The position numbers were made by a program, and so were the translations under genes. The notes beneath the pieces are model-generated. The model saw nothing but the letters and a program-made list of their open reading frames with translations. It had not been told where the DNA came from and did no database searches. DNA of 64,000 nt from NCBI GenBank assembly GCA_009103225.1, contig RHPI01001037.1, forward strand, positions 558,001-622,000, read 5' to 3'. Shown here piece by piece: positions 1-10,409 of the stretch. Each line of letters starts with the position of its first letter. Within the stretch, counting starts at the first letter, position 1. The stretch is from Chlorokybus atmophyticus (Eukaryota > Plantae > Mesostigma and Chlorokybus algae).

Positions 1-534
1 TGTTTCAAGCACGCCTGCATGCTGTATACACTGGAAGAGGCAGCGTGCATGACCGTCGTCGGTCGCTACTTTTCCTGACATGCTGCTTTGTGACCCCTGG
101 CCCAGCCTGGTGTGCGAAGGCTTTCTGCCAGAATGGGCCTCATGGAAGAGTTGAGGCGGCTAGATGGAGGCAGTTGTGCATAGACAATGCAGTGAATTCG
201 CCAAGTAAGTGTTGCTGTTAGCATGGACAGTGAGTAACAAAAAAGTAACTCAGCAGCAATCAGATGCATCAGAGTTTATGGTTGGCCAACAGAATGCTGT
301 TTATAGCGCCACAGAGGCGCATATGTTTTTGTGCCCAATCAACTCAGACATACTCGTATCTGCCACAATGCAACTTGTATCTGTTGTACCCATTGCACAC
401 AACAAGCATACCAACCCAGTCACCTTCTTTCTTTCTGTTTCAGTTCATCTAGGAGATACGATGGACACATGATGAGCAAAACGAAGCCGTCGTTCTGTTG
501 GTATTATGATACATAAACTCGCCCAACAGCATCC

Positions 535-3334
535 ATGGGCGTGCCGGGCTTGTGGGACCTTTTGCAGCCGACCAAGCAGCGCCTCGACATCAGTATAGAC
601 GCCGTCAACAACAACAACAACAACAACAACACGGTGTCGTTGAGGGGTAAGGTGTTGGCGGTGGACTTGGCGTTTTGGGTGTGCGAGGCGGCCGGGTCGA
701 AGCTCGGGGTCGGGGTCGGCGGCCAATTCGGTGCCGAGCACGCTCTCGTGCCCAAACCACACCTACGCAACCTCTTCTTCAAAACAAACAAACTCCTCAC
801 CAAAGTACCCGCATGCATGGCACAAACCCGCACGCACGCACACACAGTCACGCACGCACGCACGCACTGTAAGCATGCACACGTGCCTGAGTACACGCAC
901 ACATGCACACGCGCGCTGTTGTGCGTGTGTGCGTCTGTACCACGCATCTCTGTGTTGTCTTTTACCCATCAACAACATCATCATGTTGCTTATGTACATT
1001 ATCACCACACCAACACGTCTGCAGTATGGTGCGCTTCCTGTGTGCGTTGTGGACGGCGAGGCCCCCGCGCTCAAGGCCAAAGTGCGCATCGACCGATACT
1101 GCCGCTCAGCGGGTGTCGCATGCGAGGCAGACAACAAGAACGACGGCAGCAACGACCAAGGCAGGATGTTCGCACGCAACCCCACGTGGCTGCTCTGGAT
1201 GCAAGAATGCACGGTAAGGAGGGATGCGGGACACATTTGTCTGCACCCTCGTACTGCACAACACCCACGCGCGCACGCACGCACGTGCGCGCGCATACAC
1301 GCAAACAGAAGCATTGTTTTGCGCAATACCCCTCTTGTTCCGTATTACCATTGTCGTGTGCATACGTCGTAGTCATGTTGTTGGCTCGCCAACTATCCGT
1401 GATGATGATGATGTTGTTGTTGTTGCGATATGCAGCAACTGTTGCGTTTGATGGGTCTCCCCGTTCTTCGCGCCCGCCACGAGGCTGAGGCCCTCTGCGC
1501 GCAGCTATGCCTTCACGACGAGGGCCGCGCCGTTCACGCGGCCGTCACGCCCGACGCGGACGCGCTGCTGTACGGCGCAAGACGCGTGTACAAGAACGTT
1601 GATATGAACATCAGAGTGAGTGGCTAGCTTAGAGTAGCAGCCGCTCCCAACGATCAATGCACCTCCTGTCGATGTGTGTTGGTGTGCGTGTTGTTGTTTG
1701 AGTGTGTATGTTGATGACCAATGCTGTATGCTCCTGGTGTTGATTTGACAGGATCCGTGGGTTGAAGCGTACGAGGCGGCTGATATCGAGAGGAGGTTGG
1801 GTGAGCGAGTGTCATGCGAGGAGGCGACTTGTCATTGTTTGTTTGTGTCCGTCTGAGTGGATGGTTGACAGCGTGTTGGACAGGGCTTGCGAGGGAGCAC
1901 CTGGTGGGTATGGCGCTGCTGCTGGGTTGCGATTTCGACGGGAATGTAGGGGTGCGCCGCGTGGGTCCCCGTCACGCAGCGCGCGCCCTCGCACACCTCC
2001 CCGCCCACGCCGTTTTACCCAAGTACGCACCCATCTGGATAGTGCACACGTGCACGCACACGTGTGCACCCTTTCACGTGTACACTCTGATGGCATTCCA
2101 GGTTGAGAGAGTGGGGCAGGGGGCAAGCAGGGGCAGCCCCGGCTTCAGCACTTGTAGATATCGATGTCGATGCGGGTAGCGACAGCGAGGCGGCACCCTC
2201 TCAAGCCACAAGTATGCCATGTGGACTCAAAGTTGATCAAAACTCACACGTGTAGCGTGTTGTGTGCTCAATCAACATGTTGACTGACTGCCATTGTCAC
2301 CACACAACAGCCACCACCACTACCACAGCTCAGAGCAACCGGAAGCCTTACCACTGCGGGCGCTGCGGCCACCCGGGCAAGGCCAACACGCACAGGCATG
2401 ACAACAACAACACCAAACAGCAACACACTATGCGCCTGGGAGACAACATGACCAACTCGACGTGATGTCTACAACAGGTCTGCGGGATGCGCGGAGTGCG
2501 GAACGGCCTCCAACCACGATTGCATGGCCAAACCCGTGACGGGGTTCAGCTGCCCGTGCAAGTGGTGCACAACAGTGAGCAAAGTTGCCACACATGGATG
2601 CATGCATCAATCGGTTGGATGGATAGAGTCCTGATAAGCTCATGTTGTGCAAGGCGGTCAAGCGTAAGGCCGAGAAGCGTGAAGGTGCGTGGTGGGGTCG
2701 GATGCTGGCGTGCATGGCCGCCACACCGGGGTTCCCGAACGAGACCATCGTGAAGACGTACATGAGCGCCGAGTCCCACCACGACGGTGAGTGAGTAAAC
2801 GCGGCGACTGTAACACTCGGCTTATGGGCACTTGACTGGTCGTGTATGACAGGCCAGTATGGATCATCTGTCAATGGCTTGGCCATTGCATCAGTGTTGA
2901 TGCGATGCTCAAGTCACTGACATTTACGTGCTCATGATGGCGCACATGGCGCGCGCATGCGCGTGTTTGCATACACACATATGGTGTGGTCATGGTTTTT
3001 TGGTTACACGAGTCACTCCCACGCGAGTACACGCAGTCATTCCCACCCCCCACCCCGTCACTCTCTCTCAGGTCCCCTTCCCCCCTTGTCGTGGCTCCCC
3101 CCCTCCGTCCCCCTCCTCCTCTCCTTCCTGCAGTCCCATCTGCGTTGGGACCTGCCGCGCGCCGCACGCCACGCGCTGCCGCTCGCGTCGAGGTGGGCGC
3201 TGGAACACCGAGGCGAAGAGAAGGAGGATGATATTGTGATTAGGATGGGGGAGGGGTGGGAGGCGAGAGCGAGGGAGATCAAACGGGTGAAGAGGACCGC
3301 GGGGAGGGAGTGGTACCTGGTGGTGTGGGAGGTG

Positions 3335-3370
<36 letters not shown>

Positions 3371-4532
3371 GTCGTGTAGTCGTTGTGAGCGTGTATTGTA
3401 TGTTCAGGTCACAGGTAAGGTGCCGCTGGAGATGCTGGCGGCCAGGCCTGAGGTGGCGGTCAGCGAGAGCGTCAACGGCCTCGTTGGCGCGGGTAAGAGA
3501 GCAGATGCGGACGATGGTGATGAGGGTGAGAACGCGGGTGACCATGAAGATGAGGGTGAGGGCGGCAACGCGTGCGAGCTCACGACGGAAGAGGACATGG
3601 AGCTTGTCAAAAAGGCCTGGCCTGGTCTGGTGGCAGAGTTCGAGCGCAAACAGGTACACAGCATGTTGTGATAGGTGGCAACTGCGTACAAGTGGGTGTC
3701 ACACTGTTACCTTTGTCACAGGAAGAAAAGGCAGCCAAGAGGAAGAAGCGACCGCGCGTTAGCGAGAACACCACCAAGAAGCGGAAGCTCAGTTTCGCTT
3801 CTTCCACTGCGGGAGAGGACCCGCGGCAGGGAAAACTCAGCCAGTTCTTCCGGCAGACAAAGCCAAACATAAGCCGGCTTTCCGACTGCACGGAAGCCAC
3901 TGTGTCTTCTCTGCAGCAGAGCAACAATGCCGCCTATTCTACTGCCAAACCTGTCATGATGGGAGACAGAAAGGATATCTCCTACTCGCCGATATCGGAA
4001 GAGCCGGAGTCGCCTCAGATGGAGGGGGGGGAGGACGATATCGCTGTCGTGGTCACTGAGGCAGCAAAACAGGACCAAGTGGAAGCGGTATCCGCTCGGG
4101 AAGCGAGTATTGCGCATGCTGAGGCAGTGCAGGTGGTTGAAGTTTTGAGCGACAGCGAAGGAGATGTTGTGTTAGTATCGCAGCAGCAGGCGGGGAGTTG
4201 TGTTGCGTCCCATAGACGCGTGATGGATGTGGAAAAGGAACAAACTGAAACAGACACTCACATGGCTTCATCATGTGCACAACAACAACAGCAACAAGAC
4301 ACAAGCTACCACATTGACTTGGTGACTCCACCACGTGCAGTCACAGGTGAGTACGTCCCTCATTTGCTTCCTGTCAAGTTTACATCAGGCCTGCATTGTT
4401 GTGCATGAAGACTCGTGCTGTATGTTGACGTGTTGTGCGTCACAAGCAGGGCGAGGGCCAAAGAGGCGACGAGGCAGCGAGCAGTCTGTCAACAACGCGC
4501 TGACCTTGGAAGCCCTGTGGAAGAAACAGTAG
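535..4532 (+). CDS. SEND1: XPG/Rad2-family Holliday junction resolvase/flap endonuclease, plant GEN2/SEND1 type (about 12 exons)
   Basis: Spliced reading gives the XPG-N motif MGVPGLWDLL...VLAVDLAFW...KPHLRNLFF, then YGALPVCVVDGEAPALK. XPG-I follows as EAEALCAQL...VTPDADALLYGARRVYK, then the H2TH region REHLVGMALLLGCDFDG. A Cys-rich insert HCGRCGHPGKANTHRSAGCAECG...KPVTGFSCPCKWC...PGFPNETIVKTYM is typical of plant SEND1, followed by a chromo-like segment EIKRVKRTAGREWYLVVWE and ELTTEEDMELVKKAWP. Splice phases are consistent and the stop is at 4530-4532. Confidence 0.87.
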
Positions 4533-4613
4533 GTGTGCATACCATAGTGTGTTACAGTGTGTGCAGGCATTGGATTATTTATGCGAGGCCCTAGGCTGGA
4601 CAAGTAGTGGGCA

Positions 4614-4657
4614 AGTACTGATGTAATCTATCCATAGTACTGATGTAATCTATCCAT
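4614..4657. repeat. Perfect tandem duplication of a 22-bp unit (AGTACTGATGTAATCTATCCAT x2)
   Basis: Read directly: 4614-4635 and 4636-4657. Confidence 0.9.
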
Positions 4658-6077
4658 AAATACAGTGTACGTATTATTCAGCGATCAGCTCTTTGCAAGA
4701 TGGCAATATAGAGGGGCCGAAAATGGGGCCGCTCGATGCAAGCAGACACAGCACACCACAGATACCTCCAGACACCCACTTCCATGATAGTCGAAGCTAC
4801 TCTAAGTACCTAAGCTCAGCTAGACTGGGGATGCAGTTATCTGATAAGCTGCGCCAGTCTAGGATGCATGCCGGATGGCAAAAGTCGCCACCACGTCTCT
4901 TAACCTTCTGTAGCTGCTGGTGACAAAAGCTCTCCCTTAGCTCACCAGTGTTTGCGGTGTCATTTTGCAGAGGCGAGGGTACTGCTACCTACGGGGAACC
5001 CACCACGCCCTCCTGCTGCCTGTCGACTGCCGCGTGCACGCATGTTCATGTGTGCCATGAGTTAAAAAACGCGGCATGAAACCCTATGTTGGTTGCTATG
5101 CGGGTGCAAGTTGGACGGCTACGATGGCGGACGGGGAGTCCAATGCACGTCCCAGATTGCGTTTACAATTATATACACAACTGCCGAACCAGCTACGAAG
5201 CCGCGAGCGCCGTCGGATGGAGTACAAGCAGCGTATCGCAAGCGTCCAGTCTGCATCGGCACAGTGCTCGAGTCGGGGCCCAGGTTTCATGACGGCGAAA
5301 CAAGGCAACTGATTTGCCCAACCAATCAGAACACCGCAGCTCCACTTGTGCCATCGGCTTGCGGTGTCCCGAATTGGGACTCCTAACCACCCCATCTAAA
5401 AGCGTCATGAACTCAGCCCTACCGTATGTACGCGTGGAGCCCCCTCGTTGTTTAAAGCCCTCAACCCTCTGTTGCAGACTCATAAGTTCATAACAGTGCA
5501 ACTTACAATTTGTGCATGTCAACTTGTGTTACATTGAACATAACTGAATGCATTGACGTTAACTACTCATTCGATAAAAGATGGAGAGGGGAGGACGGGG
5601 CCCCTACATGGGGGGGGGNGGGGGGGGGGGGGGGGCTTGAGATAATGGAATTGACTTTTGGCATGTGGATTATCTTGTTGTAATTGACTTGCTAATGCTC
5701 ACTCTGATGTGTTCGTGTCTTGTTCCATGGCCACTGTATTTTAGGAAAGTTGTGTTGAGTATACAATGACCATTAACATTGCGCAACCTTATTGAAGAAC
5801 GTGTTCGATGAGATGATTGTATAACACCAATATCAATCCACCTCCGATGTTATCATGTCCACAAATAACAATTATTGATTTGTTGTTTGAAACTATCAAC
5901 GATTGTCGGGGTGTAAATTGATGGCTATTAATACGGTCTTAACAATCCTATGGCTCTTAAAATATAACACACAAGAGTTGCAATAAAGCAAGATTAAAAA
6001 GTGGTTGTATACATGCATACGGATACACGTGCTAGATTAGACAAGGCAAGCAAGCCAACATGCACACCATTTCAGTG

Positions 6078-6080
<3 letters not shown>

Positions 6081-6113
<33 letters not shown>
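6081..6113. repeat. (CT)n microsatellite
   Basis: Read directly. Confidence 0.95.
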
Positions 6114-6116
<3 letters not shown>

Positions 6117-6630
6117 CTCCCTCTACCATAATGTTCCGTTAAGGAAGAGACGGCTAAGCACGATTGGTTATACTCAATGGTACATAATTTTGAACGATAA
6201 CCACACTTATATGTGCAACGTAAGTAGACTATTCCCATTGTGGACTACTCATGTACTTTGTTTTATATGCTTACATTCGTGTATATAGAATGTTCCCTTG
6301 ATGAGAGTGACTTTGCCCATAATTACGGCTTTTTGATATAGTAGGAGTAAATTGTACCGGGCAAATGCAAAGCACCACTTGTCGATGTTTACATCTGAGG
6401 CACTCATCTGCATTGGCGCAGTGCATTGATTGCGCGGCCTCCTAGATGGCTTGTACTCCAAGACTGTTACGGGGGGTACGGCGCAGATACACCCCAAGTA
6501 ACACAACACTGCAGGACCACAGGCTCAATTGCAAAGTGCTGTACTCAAACAGTGTTTGACGCATGGTTTGCTGCATGCTCTACACTACCACACTACCACA
6601 TCCGCTCCCCCCCCCCCCCCCCCCCCCCCC

Positions 6631-6869
6631 NNNNNNNNNNNNNNNNNNNNNNNNNNNNNNNNNNNNNNNNNNNNNNNNNNNNNNNNNNNNNNNNNNNNNN
6701 NNNNNNNNNNNNNNNNNNNNNNNNNNNNNNNNNNNNNNNNNNNNNNNNNNNNNNNNNNNNNNNNNNNNNNNNNNNNNNNNNNNNNNNNNNNNNNNNNNNN
6801 NNNNNNNNNNNNNNNNNNNNNNNNNNNNNNNNNNNNNNNNNNNNNNNNNNNNNNNNNNNNNNNNNNNNN
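6631..6869. other. Assembly gap (N run) preceded by poly-C
   Basis: N characters in the sequence. Confidence 1.
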
Positions 6870-6893
6870 ACGTGCGCACATTGTGCCTATGAA
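6870..6893. repeat. 24-bp dispersed exact repeat, copy 1 (ACGTGCGCACATTGTGCCTATGAA)
   Basis: Identical to 13363-13386. Confidence 0.9.
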
Positions 6894-6914
6894 CCCCCCC
6901 CCCCGCCCCCCTCT

Positions 6915-8259
6915 CTACAACGTATCCACATCCTCCGGCCTCGCCTTCGCCCCCGGCACGGGTTTAAAGTCGGTCTCTTTCAGCTTCAGTTGTACGCTCT
7001 TTCCCGATTGCCACGCGTCGGCGGCGGGGTCGACGGGTTGGACGGGGATGCCCGCGCGCTCCTCGACGAGCTGCTCCTTGTTCACGCCGTACTTCTCGTG
7101 GACGCGACGCTCGAGGAGGGGGTTGGCTTGGCCGTCTTGGGTCAGACCCATCATCAGCTGGGGGATACCTGGCGGGGGGGAGGGAGTGGGAGTGGGTGAG
7201 TGTGTGGGTGGGTGGTGTGGTGGGCGCGTGTCGGTGTGTATGTGCACCTGTGTATGCGTGCGTGCGTGCGTGCGTATGCATGTGTGCGTAAGCGCACACG
7301 CACATGGGGGTCTACTTGCCTCTCATTGGCTGGTGTGGGTTTGCTCTACCTCTAACACAGTGTCAAGAGAGTGTGCAAGTAACGCAAAGTCCCATACCTA
7401 GCGGGACTGTATCTCCGCGGTCGAATTGCCAGAAATGCCACGTCTTCCCGTACGTGTTGGCTAGCTGGCGCATGGCGGAGAGCTCCGCAGGCGTGTGCAG
7501 CGGCTTTGGCAACCCACCCGGCAAGAACAAAGACCCGCCCTTCACCTCGTACCTGTGGGAGTGCCACAGCTTCTTCTCATCCTCAGGCAGATCTGCATTG
7601 TTGGGTTGTGGCTGTGTTGGTAACATATGATACATATGATGAGATGTGAACACTTTGAGTAATGCTCACCTTTGTAGAGGTCAGCTGTGATGACGTACTC
7701 GATGCCGACCAGGCGTGCGTTAGGCTCGTCCGAGTCGTACAGAAGACACTGCTGCATGTCCTCAGACAGGTGCGTGCAGAAGTGGTGCACCTCCACCTGC
7801 ATGCGTGTGCGTGTCTATGTGCGTAAACGCATTCGACAAGACACACAACAGTACGAATGCGTTGCGTGCTTGCCTGTCTGGTCATGTCGTGCGCGTAGAA
7901 GTGGAGACCGCACAGGTGCTGGTGGATCGACTTGATCGGGGCGAAGTTTTGTGCGAGCTACGTGACATACCCACAACACAACATGTCATACAAAGCAGAC
8001 TCTGCGTGAGAGTGTGCTCACTGTTGTGTTGGGTTATCTGGCACATACACGCCGTACGCACGAGAGCAGGCAGCTAGGCAGTAGGAGAAGCAACAGCAAG
8101 TAACAGCAAGCAGGCATGCACTCACTGAGTGCGTGCGCATGTAAGATTAGAACAGGTGTTTGGACTGCAAACGGTGTATGGACTCACCGATGACAACGTT
8201 TCTAGCACAGAAGTCTTGATAGTGCGTTTGCCGCCAGGAACCGAATCAGGAAACGACGC
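6915..8259 (-). CDS. OBAP: Oil body-associated protein (OBAP/DUF1264); first exon and ATG not resolved (upstream of 8259)
   Basis: Exons 8259-8188, 7957-7874, 7796-7670, 7592-7398 and 7168-6915 join in phase. They give [83 protein letters not shown]...[18 protein letters not shown]...[25 protein letters not shown], which are hallmark DUF1264 motifs. Confidence 0.92.
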
Positions 8260-8921
8260 CTGGCGCCAGCAACACGAACAATACCATCAGTGAAAGCATC
8301 ATGGCCAAGTATTGCCAACTTTGAAGAGTGACATCTCTCATTGAATCAAGGGTCTGATGTCAAGAACGACCAATCCAGCTTACATACGTACATGCATGCA
8401 GACACGCACGCATGCATGCATGCAGTATGCACACCACTCGCACTTGTTTGCAGCACTGCGAACGCATGCACGAAAGACTAGAGTAAACCGCAGCATGCAA
8501 GAAGTTGGCAAGGCATTGGCTACGATCCTCTCGTTGACCATGCAAGCAAGCAAGCAAGCACGCAATCGGAGCAGGCGCAGAAAGGAGGCAGCAGAGAGCA
8601 GAGAGCAGAAGTGGCACTTGCCGTGTGCGGCGTGCTGGTGCCGACTGGATCCGCAGCCATGACGACGACGACGACGACGACAACAACAACCTCTTCCCTC
8701 CTATGTCACTTATCTGCAGCTGCTTTACCACCACCACCCTTCTCCAACTACCACTGCTCTCCTCCTCCTCCTCCACTTCCTCTCCCTCCATGGCCGCCCT
8801 CCACCCCCTTGCCAGCTGTGCACCCGGAGATCAGATTGATCCACGTCATCACGGTTGAGTTTGAGCTTGGAGACGCTCGCTGTGACTGTGGTTAGTGTAG
8901 CCGGTGGCGGTGGCGGCGGTC

Positions 8922-10409
8922 ATGGCGTCGTTGGCGGTAGCGGCTCCCGCGGCCAGCTGCTGGAGCAAGAGGAGCAGCAGGATAAGGACGAGGAGAGCAA
9001 GCAATCGCGCAAGCAGGAGGAGCCGAGTGCGCTGCCAGGCGGATGCAGGTCTGTCCGTCCGTGTGCGTGTGTTGGTTGTTGGTCAGCTGCTGTGTGCTTG
9101 CTCAAAGCCCAATGATTTCAGCTGTCTTGTGGCACGCGTAACGCGGCTGTGAACGCCTGTGCGTAACAAAGCCTGTGCGGTCGTTGGCCAGGCGTTTGGC
9201 TTCTGTGCATGCACTCTGTGTCAGCTTCAGGCGCTTGTGAACAACAACATTGGTCGCGTTGCAGATGGCACCAAGCAAAGGGTAGCGGCGGCAAGGCGCA
9301 GGCCGTTCGACTCGTTCTCGCCTCCGGATGCTGTGTGGAACTTTGCATACGGCGCCAACATGAACCCAAAGACGCTCACAGGTCAGTCCGTCCGTCTGTC
9401 TGTCTGAGTTTAAGTTCCATTCATTTGTTCAGCCTGTTGTTGGTTGGTTTGTTCCCCTTCAGGCCTCGGTAGTGTGTTGACTGGCTGCCTCGTTACTGCT
9501 TGCTCGCTTGCATGGTTGGTATGTGCTTGTTCAAAGAGTAGAGTGGCCTTTATCGACTCAATTGGGATCTTGCACATCGTGTACCCCAGGCCAAAGGCGG
9601 ATCATTCCAATGCAGTCTCACCCCGCAAGCATCACCGGTCTCGAGCTCGTATTCAACCACCGAGGAGGTAGGGCCTAGCGAGACATGCACGCGCACATCT
9701 CTCGCATTCATACACCCGCGTGCGTGTGCTTGTTGCGTAGCTTACTGCCCCGTTGTCGTGTGTGTTGGGCATGAAAGCAAGCAGGCGTGGGTAACGTGCA
9801 GCCGGCCGCGGACCCACGCAAGCGCGTGCACGGCGTGCTCCACCAGCTGTCAACCACAGACTGGGACTGGCTGCGCCTCACAGAATTCGGCTACGACGCC
9901 AGTGAGTACGAGGTGCGTGCACGTTTCAAGACACTGACACACTCCATGATAGCAACTGCAGGCCCGTAGTGACTGTCTTGCGTGACGATTGCACTCGTCA
10001 GGCTGTGACATACTGCGGGCACCGTGTCCGCGCAATGACGCTCACATCGTCCGACGGCGAGCGCCTCTTCCGCTCCGATCTACAACCCTCAAAGCGTTAC
10101 ATCCGCCTCTTGCAGGCACGCCCCTACTACTCCTTCACACTTCGCACTTCACTCATCATGCCCGCATCACACTCACCTCTTTTCTCACAGGAGGGTGCGG
10201 CGCGGTGGGGTCTCGACGTCGAGTACCAGTCGTGGTTGCGTAGCATCGAAGGCGTGGACCTGCGCGACATGGGGCGGGAGTACCTCGACTGCCCCAACTC
10301 GCGCTTGTCGCAGCTGTCGCAGAACGACTCCCGCGTCACCACCTCCGGCGTCGCTGCCGCCGTGCAGAGCGCCGTGGACTTGGTGTTGCCGGCGAGAAGA
10401 CGACGATGA
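8922..10409 (+). CDS. Gamma-glutamylcyclotransferase-like protein (GGCT/AIG2-like fold) with predicted organellar transit peptide
   Basis: Exon 1 (8922-9048) reads MASLAVAAPAASCWSKRSSRIRTRRASNRASRRSRVRCQA, which is S/R/A-rich. Later exons give WNFAYGANMNPKTL, LELVFNHRGG, VHGVLHQLS...TEFGY, QPSKRYIRLLQ|EGAARWGLDVEYQSWLRSI, matching the GGCT motif series YG(S/A)N, VxGV and PSxxY...GA...L..EY. Confidence 0.82.

Noticed and set aside
5640-6000. PiggyBac-like or other transposase fragment in the AT-rich island
   Set aside because: Many stops in all frames, no convincing motif and no TIRs.
6426-7401. ORFs spanning poly-C and N runs
   Set aside because: Gap artefacts, and antisense to OBAP.
8380-8425. 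RY (CATGCA) repeats upstream of OBAP as seed-type ABI3 sites
   Set aside because: CATGCA motifs are abundant in introns throughout the window, so they carry no specific signal.
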